Assembly (NCBI GenBank): GCA_964016885.1
Contig: OZ024750.1
Location: 34,658,001-34,722,000, forward strand
Reading direction: 5' to 3'
From: Eledone cirrhosa
Taxonomy: Eukaryota
Length of the DNA: 64,000 bases
The number at the start of each line of letters is the position of its first letter. Position 1 is the first letter of the stretch. Below are positions 12,180 to 27,138 of this stretch, one piece after another. Position numbers and translations under genes: made by a program. The notes under the pieces were generated by a model that ran no database searches, had not been told where the DNA came from, and was given only the letters and a program-made list of their open reading frames with translations.

Positions 12180-12810
12180 CAGTGGCAGTGCCACACTAAA
12201 ATACACTCAGCCCACACTGTAAAATGGTAGTGCTGGTGACATAATAAAATGCACTCAGCCCACACTGTAAAATGGTAGTGCTGGTGACATAATAAAATGC
12301 ACTCAGCCCACACTGTAAAATGGTAGTGCTGGTGACATAATAAAATGCACTCAGCCCACACTGTAAAATGGTCGTGCTGGTGACATTACAAAATGCACTC
12401 AGCTCACATTATAAAGTGGTAGTGCTGGTGCCCCACTAAAATGCATTCAGCCCACACCGTAAAGTGGTAGTGATGGTGTCATAATAAAATACACTCAGTA
12501 CATTCTGTAAAGTGGTAGTGCTGGTGCCACAATAGAATATACCCAGTACACTCTGTAAAGTGGTAGTGCTGGTGACATGACAAAATGCACTGAGTCCACT
12601 CAGTAAAGTGGTAGTGCTGGTGACATGACAAAGTGCACTCAGTCCACTTAGTAAAGTGGTAGTGCTGGTGCCACAATAGAATATACCCAGTACACTCTGT
12701 AAAGTGGTAGTGCTGGTGACATGACAAAATGCACTGAGTCCACTCAGTAAAGTGGTCATGCTGGTGCTACAATAAAATTCACTTAGTACACTACACAAAA
12801 TGGTTGACAT
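12180..12810. repeat. 48-bp minisatellite derived from the RTE/SINE 3' UTR subrepeat, ~13 copies
   Basis: Unit aaaatgcactcagcccacactgtaaaatggtagtgctggtgacataat; 16-aa periodicity in the ORF track. Confidence 0.88.
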
Positions 12811-12977
12811 TAGGAATGGCACCCAGTCATAGAAACCATACCAGTATGAGTGAGAAGACAGTCATCTGACTAACCTCAGAACATGGCTACCTATTTAACC
12901 CATGTAATCATGGAAAATAGACATATAAAGTATATTTATTTTTCTCTAAATTTTCATGGTTACATATATTTTCTTAC

Positions 12978-13337
12978 GGTGTTACGCAGTAATACAGAAT
13001 ACCCGACCTCCCATGGGTACAAGCTGAAGTATATAGACAATATGCCCCCACACCCCCCACTGCAAGGTGGTCGTGGCGGTGCCACGGCAAAAAAGCACTC
13101 AGCCCACGCTGTAAAGTGGACGTGTAGGCGCCACGGAAAAAAGCACCCAGCACTCACTGTAAATGAGGTTGGTGTTAGGAAGGGCATCCAGCTGTAGAAA
13201 TCAAGCCAAATCAGTTCCTGTATGAGCAAGGCATGGTCAGCCGACCAGACACTGCCCACAACAGGACAACCCGTCTAACCCATGCTAGCGTTGAAGAACG
13301 TACGTAAAACGGTGATGATGATGATGATGATGATGAT
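12978..13337 (+). mobile_element. RTE LINE extreme 3' end
   Basis: acgcagtaatacagaatacccgacctcccatgggtac... through to a (GAT)n tail; matches the reverse complement of 27137-27500. Confidence 0.8.
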
Positions 13338-13904
13338 TGTTCTATAGTTTAATTTGAAAGTAACTTACCATATTTATTGTCTTCATTCAATTGTTGATGT
13401 TCTTACTCTTGTTGTCCATTCTGCTGCTGCTCTGCTGCTGCTGCTGCTGCTGCTGCTGCAACAGTGTTACAATGAATAAAACTTTCACAGCCATACAACA
13501 TTATTATACGTCCCTTTACGATCTGAGTTCAAATCCCGCCGAGGTTGACTTTGCCTTTCATCCTTCCGGAGGTCGATAAAATAAAGTACCAGTAATGAAC
13601 TGGGTAATTGCTGGCCTTGTGCCTAAAATAGAAACAATTATTAACATTCCTACGGTGGTGGATTGGCAGTATCAGTAGAGGGTCGGACGCCATGCTTTGA
13701 CGCATAGAGTTACGGCCCTTGCCATTCTGAGTTCAAATCCCGCCAAGGTTAACTTTGACTTTCATTCTTACGGGGTCGATAAAATAAAGTACCAGTAATG
13801 TACTGGGTAATTGCTGGCCTTGTGCCAATAGTAGAAACAATTATTATTAACATTCCTACAACAAATTTACATTGTTTCATTTAAATTGGAGGATTGATAA
13901 AGCA

Positions 13905-13921
13905 GTGTGTATGTGTGTGTG

Positions 13922-13972
<51 letters not shown>

Positions 13973-13981
13973 GTGTGTGTG

Positions 13982-14014
<33 letters not shown>

Positions 14015-14027
14015 ATATATATATATA

Positions 14028-14074
<47 letters not shown>

Positions 14075-14087
14075 ATATATATATATA

Positions 14088-14134
<47 letters not shown>

Positions 14135-14147
14135 ATATATATATATA

Positions 14148-14190
<43 letters not shown>

Positions 14191-14460
14191 ATATATATAT
14201 ATATGTGTGTGTGTATATATATATATGTGTGTGTATATATGTGTATATATATGTGTGTGTGTATATATGTGTGTGTGTATGTATGTGTTTGTGTGTATAT
14301 ATATGTGTGTGTGTGTATATATATGTGTGTATATATATATCTATGTGTGTGTGTGTGTATATATATATGTGTATGTATATATATATATGTGTATATATAT
14401 ATGTATATGTATATATATATGTATATATATATGTGAATACATATATATATGTATATATGT
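13905..14460. repeat. Compound (TA)n(TG)n microsatellite (similar tracts at 1821-2023, 15320-15580, 16209-16864, 18803-19260, 22550-23150, 42137-42520)
   Basis: Visible dinucleotide repeats. Confidence 0.95.
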
Positions 14461-15580
14461 GATGAAACACAGATACCAACACATCTGTATATATATTGCG
14501 AAAGAAAAATTTAGCCAGATTGAAGTATACTAATTATTATACTACAGTTTGTCCATATCGATTTAAAATAATAAATCAACGGAGACGAACTGTATTGGCA
14601 AAAGGCCGTGATGTTTAGACACATTTAAATTTCAAAATCAAACCTGTTCCGTAGATAAGTTTAGACTTTAAGAACCAAATATGTTTCGAGTTAAATAAGT
14701 GTAGGAATATCATGTCCCGCTCTCCTCAGTAAACATCCAGAGACAAATTGATATGCTTCACTTCTAAATAATTTAAAAGACTGCGTGGCGCACATGGCTT
14801 TACAGTATCTAACTAGTCTCATAACCGTACTGCTAGAAATAACAGTCGTGTATATGAGGCGGCTTTGCAGCTCAAACTAAGAGCAGATTAAAATTAATAA
14901 GGTAATGAATTCTTTTACAATGGATATATACACATATATATACACATATATATGTATATATATATGTGTATATATATATATATAATCATCATCATCATTT
15001 CATTTTATGTCCGCTTTTCCCAGCTTGCAAGGGTGGGACGGGAACTGATTCTGGCTTGATTTCTACAGCTGGATGCCCTTCCTAACACCAACCTCATTTA
15101 CAGTGAGTGCTGGGTGCTTTTGTTCCATGGCACCTCCACGACCACTTTGCAGTGGAATGATAGGGACCCCGGTCCTTATCATCTCATTTCTACAGCTGAG
15201 TAAACTGGAGCAATGTGAAATAAACTGTCTTGCTCAAGGAAACAACACATCACCCAGTCTGAGAATTGAACTCAACACCTTTCGATTGCAAGGCCAATGT
15301 GCCTCCATACTAAGCCATGTGTGTGTATATATGTATATGTATGTATATATGTATATATATGTGTGTATATATGTAGATATATGTATGTATATATATGTGT
15401 ATATATGTATATATATATATACATATGTATATACATGTATATATATATATATATATCTATGTATATATATATATGTATATAAATATATGTATCTATGTAT
15501 ATATATCTATGTATATATATATATATGTATATAAATATATGTATCTATGTATATATATGTATGTATATATATATATATAT

Positions 15581-16209
15581 GTCAGGTCACCAGTTGGTGC
15601 TATTGGTAACATGTATTCCAGTACAACCTGTCCCATGGTCGGGTCGTTGGCGACTAAACTGGCAACCCCACCAAGGTTTCTTGGTGAGGAGGGTGACTTT
15701 GGACATCCTGCAGGACTAAAAACAAAACCTGTCAAATGGCAAAGGAGCTCTTAGAGAGTCAATGGCCATCCAAAATCACCGGGAGAGATGACCCCTTAGC
15801 CTTTGTCAAGGCAATTCTAGGAGAGGGAAAACTCTGATATAACACCTGCAACCCTGATGGTATCCAATGATGTTGACTTGTTCTTCTTTTTGATAAATAT
15901 CATCTTGGTTAAGAGAGTGGGACTGGCTTTGTGCAGTGCCTTTGCTCACTATAAAAGCTTCACGGCACAGGCATTGCTTTATATATGGAGATCTCTCTGC
16001 ATCTGTCGTCACATGGTAACATGGGCCCAGCACTATGTGTCGATAATTGTCACAAGTGTAGTGTTTGTACCAGAGTTTTTAAGTCGCTGGCTGGACTAAA
16101 AAGTCACACTTGTTCAGCACAACGGTAGGGGTTCTCCTACATGGATATAAAGTAGTCGCCGTACTCGAAAACGAGTTGGCAGCCACGGACGTTAAACGTT
16201 GATGATGAT
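15581..16209 (+). mobile_element. Non-coding RTE-related element, copy 2, with ggacgttaaacgttgatgatgat tail
   Basis: Duplicate of 5163-5702 extended to an RTE-type 3' terminus; embedded in TA/TG microsatellite. Confidence 0.65.
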
Positions 16210-16554
16210 ATATATATATGTATATATATATATGTATATATATATATGTATATATATATATGTATATATATGTATATGTATATATATGTATGTATATGTA
16301 TATGTATATATATGTATGTATATGTATATATATGTTTATGTATATATATGTGTATATATGTATATATGTATATATATGTATATATGTATATATATGTATA
16401 TGTATATATATATATATGTATATATATATATGTATATATATGTATATATATGTATCTGTATATATATGTATCTGTATACATATGTATATATATGTATATA
16501 TATGTATATGTATATGTATATATATGTATATGTATATATATATATATGTATATG

Positions 16555-16601
<47 letters not shown>

Positions 16602-16715
16602 GTATATACATGTATATGTATATATATGTATATATATGTATATATATGTATATGTATATGTATGTATATATATGTATATATATGTATATATATGTATATA
16701 TATGTATATGTGTAT

Positions 16716-16747
<32 letters not shown>

Positions 16748-16752
16748 GTATG

Positions 16753-16783
<31 letters not shown>

Positions 16784-16810
16784 GTATATATATATATATG
16801 TATATATATG

Positions 16811-16843
<33 letters not shown>

Positions 16844-17985
16844 GTATATATATATGTATATATAAAAGGTAAGGCTATTATCTATTACAGCATCAGATTT
16901 CTTAGAATGCTTCATCTTAAGTTGGTTTGCTGATATCTAGCATGAAATCAAATCTTTGGAAAATTCACTGTTCATTGACTTATGGCCTTATTCTAGTCTT
17001 AAAAATTATCTTTCTTATTCTCTCTCTCTCTCGCCCCCCTTCTCTCCCTTCTCACACTTTTCCTTTCTCCATCTCCATTTTTAATGGCACTAAGAGTTTA
17101 TTTTATTACTGTCATATATATATATTATTTTAAAAATACCTCCTACATTCTATTCAGTCTAACCTATTTATTTGTTATTATCCATATTATATTTATTTTC
17201 CTTCTCTGGAAACACATTCTGGTAAATATTATCAATGGGATAAAAAATAGTTTTTGTTTTTTTCTGAAGTGGAAAAACTTGACACCTTTATTCATTTAAA
17301 ATCAGTATTTTTTTTGTACTCTACATTGGTTGAAAACCTGCGGCCAATTATGTTGGTTCTCACTAAAAGTGAATATTTTATCTAATAAAAAGAAACCTCT
17401 CTATCAATGTGGTTTTGTATGTGTTTTCACAGTTATAAGGTTAAAAGTAAACCAGGTTGTTTGGAATCCAGTTAGTTGTCTTTTTTTTGTATTTCTATCA
17501 TTTATTTATTTAAGTAAGTATTGTGATTTGACTAGTAACATATCAACTTCTTAGATACCTCCAAGGCAATAACCATTTCTGGAGCAACATTTGTTTTTAC
17601 AACCATATCACTTCGCTTCCATTATTTATGCAAGAGTGTTCACACCGATGGAGAAGTGAATTTAATAGTGCCATATCATTTTCATAAATATTGTTTCTAT
17701 GCTTTTGTCGGTAAAAAACATTTCCCCGTGTCACAGTTTCTAGATTTAAAAAAAAATGTTAAAAAAAAAAAATATGTTTACAAGGGTGTCCCCAAAAAAA
17801 CATATACATACTTCAACAGCATTCTAATAAAAGTGTGTATACATTTTTTGGGGAAACCTTGTGCTATATATATATGTTCTACTTGAGTGGCTAATGGTGT
17901 CTAAATCCTGATTTGAAAGAATTCACTTGGTGGTGCTATTAAGTTAGACATCGCTTGGGCCAATACTGGCCGAAACCCATCAAAG

Positions 17986-18026
<41 letters not shown>

Positions 18027-18947
18027 TATATGAAGAATTCAGAGCTCCGATGGTTGAGCACCTGCTATTTCAACAGCTAGATTCAAACCGAATCGCTGAT
18101 GTCCTGTTGGTAGAAATAGCTGTCATCAGCTGTTGGGCTTCTGAATCCTTCATATTACCCACTCTACTACACCAAGTATCGAGTACTCAGGTGAGTAATG
18201 GTCTAACTGGTTTTTACTGCATCCATTCTGATATATATCAAGTACATATAAGCTTTGAACAGATTGCTACAAAAAAAAAAAATAAAATAAGTGAATTTGG
18301 AATGAGCTTAGTTAAGAGAACCTCAGGTTTTAACTGTTTAACATTTACATTACTCTATATTTACTATTATATTTTCAAGGTCAAGTCTTTACCTCACATA
18401 ATTATCTCACATAATATCAAATCTGAGATTTTGATATTATTTATTTTGAGAACAATACCTTCAAATCAGTATGAGTGGCTGGTTACAGCCAGTTTGAACA
18501 GAAAGAGGCGAGAGAATTTCTGGCCAGATACTGCAGGTTTAAATGTTAAACGGTTAAACAAAAATTCCACAGGTGAAAAATGCTGATAAAAAAGGTGATT
18601 TCAATAAATCCACACTTAAATATAATAGATCAATTTTTTTTGTGGTTTTTGACAAAAAGATATTTATTGCGACTATGTAATTATATTTTTAAATGAAAAT
18701 AGTGGTAATTAAAATTCTTATTGACACCAGGTGAACTTATTTTCTGTATATATTAAGTAGTAAATATTCTTTAGGTCAGAATATAGCAGTGGTAAGTACA
18801 TTATATATATATGTGTGTGTGTGTGTATGTATATGTACGTATATGTGTGTATGTATATGCACATGTGTATATGCATATATATATATATATACATATGTAT
18901 ACACATATACACACACATATATATACATATATATATACATACATACG

Positions 18948-18996
<49 letters not shown>

Positions 18997-19125
18997 TATA
19001 CACACATATATATATACATACAAACATACATATATATATATGTATACACACATAAACACACACACACATATATATATATACATACAAACATACATATATA
19101 TATATGTGTATACACTCATACACAC

Positions 19126-19175
<50 letters not shown>

Positions 19176-19205
19176 CATACATACATATATATATATATAT
19201 ATTAT

Positions 19206-19261
<56 letters not shown>

Positions 19262-20127
19262 CAACTATTTATCTTTATTAGTGGTGATCGTCTTCTTCTT
19301 CTCAATGTGACATTTCAAGTAACATTTCAGAGATAACATGTTATACAAGCTTTCTTACGAAATGGTAAATAATTATCAGACGAAAAAAAAAACAATAGAG
19401 AAGAAAGAAAAGAAAAAGAAATTAAGCTCCGGAAATTTAAAATGGTTTTGTCGTTTAAAGATTATCACTTCATTTTCTGCTAACTGCTTTTATCCTGTGT
19501 TAGGTGCTAGTAGTGGTGGTGGTAGTAGTGGTAATAGTGGTAGTTGTAGCAGTAGTAGTTGTAATTATAATAGTAGTAGTAGTAACAACAGCAGCAGTAG
19601 TAGTAATAGTAATTATAGTAGTAGTAGTAGAAGCAATAGTAGTAGTAGTAGTAATGGTATTTATGTGGAACAGGTTACACCCAGTGTTATTTCTGTTCAT
19701 ATTAAATACATACAAATCAAGGAGAGAACTAATTCATTTTCTAATGTTGACTTTATAGAATCTTGATAAAGGCAGTTTAAAAGACAAACAAATTATCAAA
19801 TTATATATGTATGGCAACGATAGCCCTTGAAAGAATTACAAAGACTGATCTTCTCAGTGAAGAATAATTAAGATTTTATTTTAAGAAACAACTAAATTCT
19901 TTTATTTGTTATTTTTAATCGTTATCAAGTGGAATGAATGAATTACCAATTAACAAAGGCAGGACTATTTACGTATATAGGAGATCTCATGAGGGAAGAC
20001 CTTGACACAGCTTTTGTTGCAACTAACCTCATTGTTTTGATCAGTTCTAACACTGATAAAAATATTATTTTTAAAATATCAGCAATAAACAAAACCGTTA
20101 AGAAAAGCTGCAGGATTTAAAAAATAA

Positions 20128-20920
20128 AATATGCCAGCCTCTGTAGCATTTTATCATAGAAATATGTCTGCTTCTGTAGCATTTTATCATAGAAATATGT
20201 CTGCCTTTGTAGCATTTTATCAAAGAAATATGTCTGCCTTTGTAGCATTTTATCGTAGAAATATGTCTGCCTTTGTAGCATTTTATCATAGAAATATGGC
20301 TGTCTGTATCATTTTATCATAGAAATATGTCTGCCTTTGTAGCATTTTATCATAGAAATATGTCTGCCTCTGTAACATTTTATCATAGAAATATGGCTGT
20401 CTGTATCATTTTATCATAGAAATATGGCTGCCTTTGTAGCATTTTATCATAGAAACATGTCTGCTTCTGTAGCATTTTATCGTAGAAATATGTCTGCCTC
20501 TGTAACATTTTATCATAGAAATATGGCTGCGTTTGTAGCATTTTAGCATAGAAATATGGCTGCGTTTGTAGCATTTTATCAGAGAAATATGTCTGCCTTT
20601 GTAGCATTTTATCATAGAAACATGTCTGCCTCTGTAGCATTTTATCATAGAAATATGGCTGCCTCTGTAGCATTTTATCATAGAAATATGGCTGCCTCTG
20701 TAGCATTTTATCATAGAAATATGGCTGCCTTTGTAGCATTTTATCATAGAAATATTGCTGCCTTTGTAGCATTTTATCATAGAAATATGGCTGTGTTTGT
20801 AGCATTTTATCATAGAAATATGGCTGCCTTTGTAAGCATTTTATCATAGAAATATGGCTGCCTCTGTAGAATTTTATCATAGAAATATGTCTGCCTCTGT
20901 AACATTTTATCATAGAAATA
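20128..20920. repeat. 33-bp minisatellite, ~24 copies
   Basis: Unit tagaaatatgtctgcctttgtagcattttatca; 11-aa periodicity in the ORF track. Confidence 0.92.
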
Positions 20921-21705
20921 AGCATTGATTTCTGCTGGAATAGAATCACTTTTTGAAATTAATAATTTTAGTTAAAATTACAAATGGTTTTGTTGCAAAT
21001 AACAGTAAGTAATTTATTGATAGGAGATATTAAAGGAGAACACTAAAGATTGAATCATAATTAATGGGTCACTGACAGTGAAGTTCTTGTCATTGTTAAT
21101 AGTTTGCCTTACTGAGATGCCCGTGAGGGTGCCTGGTTGTTTCAGCACCTTAGCCTCGCCATCACCGAGCCTTACAATGGTGTCAGGTGATGCCCATGAG
21201 GGTGCTTAGTTGTTTCAGTTCCTTAGCCTCTCCATTAACTTCAGTAATGCTGCAAACTTTCTTGGCTTGCCTCAAAAATTTCAGATGACCCTTGTGGTGT
21301 ATGAGCAATTGACACACTTGCGACTAATTGACTCATTTAGTGTTGAATTGATTGTTGATTTTTTCTTTTGGTGGTGGGGCTTTGATTGTATATTTTTTTT
21401 GTATTATATTTATAAGGTTGTTAACAATAATTAATGACTATATATATATATGTATAGTATGGTCCCGTAACTCGTGGGGGAGTCGTAGGGGTGCTGCATT
21501 GACATACTCATACAGCATTTCTTGGGCATTTAAAGCCTGATGGAACCCATCCCTTGCCAGGCCTATATCTCTAATTTGCTTTATGTCCTTTTCTTCTTTA
21601 AGTTTATCATATTATTTGTGGTATAAAAACGTTGAGATTTGAAGAAATAAATCAATGCCAATTGAATAATCAAGACCGTAGCAGTATGTCATATATCAAA
21701 TCATA

Positions 21706-21768
21706 TATTTTGTCTGATGAAAACGTACTGAAACAACACAGTACCTTTGAAATATATATAATAAAGTA
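21706..21768 (+). ncRNA. Type I hammerhead motif (pLTR family)
   Basis: TATTTTGT CTGATGA aaac GTACTG aaacaaca CAGTAC cttt GAAA TATATA TA ATAAAGTA. Confidence 0.7.
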
Positions 21769-24209
21769 TATATTTTGATTATGTGAATATTTTTCATTTG
21801 TTAACATTTTGAATAATATATATATACTTCTATTTAATCTTATACATTTGTTATATGATAATTAATTATGATTCAGTAAAGAAATAAATATAAAATGACA
21901 CTAAAAATGGAAGAATTCTGTTTGAGTTGATTCTCCTGAATCTGTCAAAATATATTCTAACATTTCATTCACAATCCTCATACGTATATGATCAACCAGT
22001 TAATTTTTACACAACTTTGCTCAATATAGAATATGAAAGTATACACAAACTATTTTCCCATTCTTCAATAATATTTCAATCATTGTTACTTCTTCCTGTA
22101 GAAATACATTCTGTAATTTTAGAATTTAAACTTATCTATAAATTACATTTATTAAATTCTTTCATTTTTTAAAAATGTTTCTTCAAAGCAGCTGAAATAA
22201 AAAAAAAATTTTCTTTTTCGGTGTTCTCTTCCAGCTTCTATTTTTGATTTCTTCTGTGACATAACTTAATGGATTAGCTTTTCTTTTTCTTCAAATATTT
22301 TACTAAGATAGATGATATTTCTCTTTCAATTGAAGAATTTCTTTTGGCATTAATGGAGATGTTTTTGTCCATTAAAGGAGATATATGCTTGAAATATATT
22401 CATAAAGTTCTCACACAGAAATTCTACTGGAATTTGTTTAAATCTACTCCATTAAGACAAATTAAAGCAGTCATTTTAAAATAGCTAACATCTACAAATT
22501 AAATATTAAAATTATCTATCACCATCACCCCACCCTCTTCTCCAACACCTCACACACACACACACACACACAGTCACATTTCCACACAGTCACATTCACA
22601 TACACACACAAGCACTCTCCCTCTCAATTACACACACTCATACACCCTCTCTCTCTTTCATACACACACACACACACACACTCTTTCTCGCTCTTATACA
22701 CATACATATGCACACACACACACTCACTCTTACACACACACACACACACATTCTACACTCACACACATACTCTCTCTCTCTCACATTCACACACACAGCT
22801 CATATGCACATACACTCTCTCCCTCATTCTCAAAGACACACACACTCTCTTTCACACACACACTTTCTCTTTCTCACACACACACACACACACACACCTT
22901 TTCTTTCTCACACACACACACCCTTTCTTTCTCACACACACACACACCTTTTCTTTCTCACACACACACCCTTTCTTTCTCACACACACACACACACACA
23001 CACTTTCTTTCTCACACACACACCCTTTCTTTCTCACACACACACCCTTTCTTTCTCACACATACACACACCTTTTCTTTCTCACACACACACACCCTTT
23101 CTCACACACACACACATACACACACGCACCCTTTCTTTCTTTCACACATATTTAATCATTAGGATTTTTAGTTTTAAATCTAGAAACTGAACTATTGACA
23201 ATTGTTGTGAGTTGTTTGAAAGCCATCTAACTTCCTATTAAAAGTGATTACATTATCTCTTTATGGCTATTACATTAGTTAGCAATTGAAAACCAAAACC
23301 TTCATTTTTCACTTATTTATATGTTTTTTAATCCAAAGAAAATTGTAATATTATAAAGAATATTGGCAGAAAAAATGTTATTCTTAAGATACAAATATTT
23401 TAATGGATCTTTTTTTTTTTGAAGGATTTAGATTAGAAATGACAAACAACCAGAAATATACAAGTGTGTGCATCTAATCCCCAATCCCCATTTCAGCACT
23501 TGTTTTTCTTTTCCAAGCTAGCATAGAGTTGTTTGAAAGGGCATAAGCTCTCTGATTTCTGATCTTATGTCATTTCATCTACATTTTAATGTTCTCACAT
23601 TTGATTTAATTATTTTTAAGCTATTCTTTTACAATATTCTTCAGTCTGTTTCTGATGCAACAATTGTTTTTCAATAGTTTTTTACTTTAACTCTTTGAGA
23701 TCAGCCTGTCTAGTTTTGAGGAGATTCTGCATGAGTCAAGAAGGGAGTCTTAATATGAGCCAATGTGGGAGTCTCTACATGATCCAATGTTGGAGTCTTA
23801 ATATGAGCCAATGCTAGAGTCTCTATATGAGCCAATGTTGGAGTCTCAACTTGAGCCATGAAGGGAGTCTCAACATTACCCAATGTGGGAGTTCAGTACA
23901 TGGTCACTGAAATCACACCTTAAAAACGTATGCATCAGTTGTGGGTTCCCTGCATATAGGTAAAACAAGATGATTATCGATAGAATTTTTTTAAACATAG
24001 GGAGGTAATAATATCAAAAGAATAAAAATCGTACATTTGGTTATATTGCAAGTTCTTCAGGTACAAGCCCGTTACTTTCTATTTATAGGAAAGACCACCA
24101 ACATTTTGACTGAGACTACAGCTTACATGTCTTGATTTTGAAAGAGACAACTAACTTCTGCCTATAAAGATTGGTTATCATAGTTAACCAATTCAAGATG
24201 AAGAATCCA

Positions 24210-25312
24210 CTGATACAAGGTTTGTGTTCTTTATTGTATCCCATTGTCAGTTACCCCACGATACAAGGTTTGTGTCAGAAATATATGTACTTTATTCCAA
24301 CCCATTGGCAGTTACCCCATGGTACAAGGTTTGTGTATTTTATTGTAACCCATTGACAGTTACCCCATGGTACAAGGTTTATGACAGAAATACATGTACT
24401 TTATTGTAACCCATTGGCCGTTACCCCATGGTACAAGATTTGTGACAGAAATACAAGTACTTTATTGTAACCCATTAGCAGTTACCCCATGATACAAGGT
24501 TTATGACAGAAATACAAGTACTTTATTGTAACCCATTGGCAGTTACTCCATGGTACAAGGTTTATGACAGAAATACAAGTACTTTATTGTAACCCATTGG
24601 CCGTTACCCCATGGTACAAGGTTTATGACAGAAATACAAGTACTTTATTGTAACCCATTGGCCGTTACCCCATGGTACAAGGTTTATGACAGAAATACAA
24701 GTACTTTATTGTAACCCATTGGCAGTTACCCCATGATACAAGGTTTATGACAGAAATACAAGTACTTTATTGTAACCCATTAGCAATTACCCCATGATAC
24801 AAGGTTTATGACAGAAATACAAGTACTTTATTGTAACCCATTAGCAGTTACCCCATGATACAAGGTTTATGACAGAAATACAAGTACTTTATTGTAACCC
24901 ATTGGCAGTTACCCCATGATACAAGGTTTATGACAGAAATACAAGTACTTTATTGTAACCCATTGGCAGTTACTCCATGGTACAAGGTTTATGACAGAAA
25001 TACAAGTACTTTATTGTAACCCATTGGCAGTTACCCCGTGATACAAGGTTTATGACAGAAATACAAGTACTTTATTGTAACTCATTGGCCAGTACCCCAT
25101 GGTACAAGGTTTATGACAGAAATACAAGTACTTTATTGTAACCCATTGGCCAGTACCCCATGGTACAAGGTTTGTGACAGAAATACAAGTACTTTATTGT
25201 AACCCATTGGCCAGTACCCCATGGTACAAGGTTTATGACAGAAATACAAGTACTTTATTGTAACCCATTAGCAGTTACCCCATGATACAAGGTTTATGAC
25301 AGAAATACAAGG
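24210..25312. repeat. 61-bp minisatellite, ~17 copies
   Basis: Unit tacaaggtttatgacagaaatacaagtactttattgtaacccattggcagttaccccatgg. Confidence 0.92.
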
Positions 25313-27088
25313 GTTGGTTCCTGGCTGGTTGCTGCTGGGATGCAAATCAGGGCCTGGTTAACCCCTGCTGGGTCATCTGGTCTGAGCAAGGCTGTATGAC
25401 ATCTGGTATGTCTGGCATGTAAGTTGGGGCCTGTTCAAACCCTGGGTTAGTCACCTGAGCTGGAGAAGGGTGTATGATATTTGGGATGCAAATCGAGGCC
25501 TGATCAGCTCCTGTCTGAGTCACATGGGAAAGGGTGTATGATCTTAAGAAGATTTGAAACAACTATTGACCCCAGGTCTCATTACTGGTGATATGTCACA
25601 GCTCAGGTATTAACGATGTAACTTGCACATAAACTGTTATTTTTTTCAACAACTTGTTCACATTAATTGTCTCTGTGTTTTTAATGTAGTTTGACAAATG
25701 TTTTTCTATTTAATTTTGCCTGCAATAAAAATTAAATGTTTTCCCATTTATTTATTTTTAATGGTTGGAAGAAATGACTGCCTCACCTTCCATTTCATTC
25801 TTTCTATTGTTAAATAATTGAAATTGATTTAACTTTCTTCTTCTTAAAAAAAAAAAAAAAAAAAAAGCTCAGTAAAACTATCTCTGAGCTTGAAACTTGG
25901 TATTACTTTGTGTCTAGCCTCTCTTAGCTTTGTTTTTTTTTTATTTTGTCAATTGAGGACTATTTACTTGTGAGAGAGAAACCCTTTCAATTGAGGGCTA
26001 TTTACTTTTGAGAGAGAACTCTTTCAATTGAAGGCTATTTAATTGGGAGGAAGAAATTCATTCAATCGGGATCTATTTACTTTTCAGTGACAAACTCATT
26101 CAATCAGGAGGGGGGGGGGTGCTATTTACTTTTCAGTGATAAGTGATATCAACTATAGATTTTAGTCAATTTCTTTACAAAATAAATAAATAAATAAATA
26201 AAATAAAATAAATACTAAATAAATAATGAAATAAAGAGAAAAATATTTATAAAAATCACTTCTTGAGAATATGGCTTTTACATGGATACTATGAGAAAAT
26301 TGTTGAATATTTGAAGAAAAAAGTTAATATATTCAAATTTAATACATTTCATTTTTTGTCTATTTAAAGATTATGTTTGATAGAGTAGTTTTAAAAAATG
26401 TCTTTTTGAACTGTTTGTTAGACTATTTCTGTGTAGCTGTGACCTTTAAAACACAATTCTCTATCTCACTGAGTACCAACACACTTCTATATCAATTGTA
26501 AACTTTATTGCAAGTCTCAGGTTTAAATTTTAAATTTATTCTCTTTTTGTTTCTTTTACAAAAATATTTCATATATACGCACATACTTAAACACAGACTC
26601 TCTCAAGCACACATACACACACAACCACATGCACACTCACTTAATCACACAAACACAGACACATTCAAACACACTTAAACAAACGTATATATATATATAT
26701 GTATGTGTGTGTATGTGAGTGTCTGTTTAAAAGTGCATATGTATATATGAATATATATATATGTGTGTGTGTGTGCTCACAGTTGTAATTGTTTATATAA
26801 CACACACACACACACGTGTGTGTGTGTGTATATATATATGTACACACAGTTGTAACTGTATACAACTATATTTGTTATTGCAATATTTGGTTATAACTTA
26901 TTGTTTAAGTAGGTTTTAGTGGAGACATGACCTTTTGATATTATACATACATATGTGGGTGAGTGTATATATATATATTATTGACTGTACTTTTCTGAAT
27001 ATTCATAAGATTCATTGGTATCCTTTATATAGTTTGCCAACAAATGTTTCTTGATCATTCTGAAATGAATATAATGATTTTGTCAATA

Positions 27089-27136
<48 letters not shown>

Positions 27137-27138
<2 letters not shown>

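Noticed and set aside
13872-19305. Long ORFs rich in Y/I/C/V/H/T
   Set aside because: Translations of (TA)n/(TG)n microsatellites, open in many frames on both strands.
21900-22500. Purine-skewed minus-strand stretch resembling decayed coding sequence
   Set aside because: Frequent stops and no identifiable motif.
25320-25562. Possible host exon (71-aa minus-strand ORF, moderately GC-rich)
   Set aside because: No recognisable domain, internally repetitive, and no partner exons identified; cannot be supported without transcript data.
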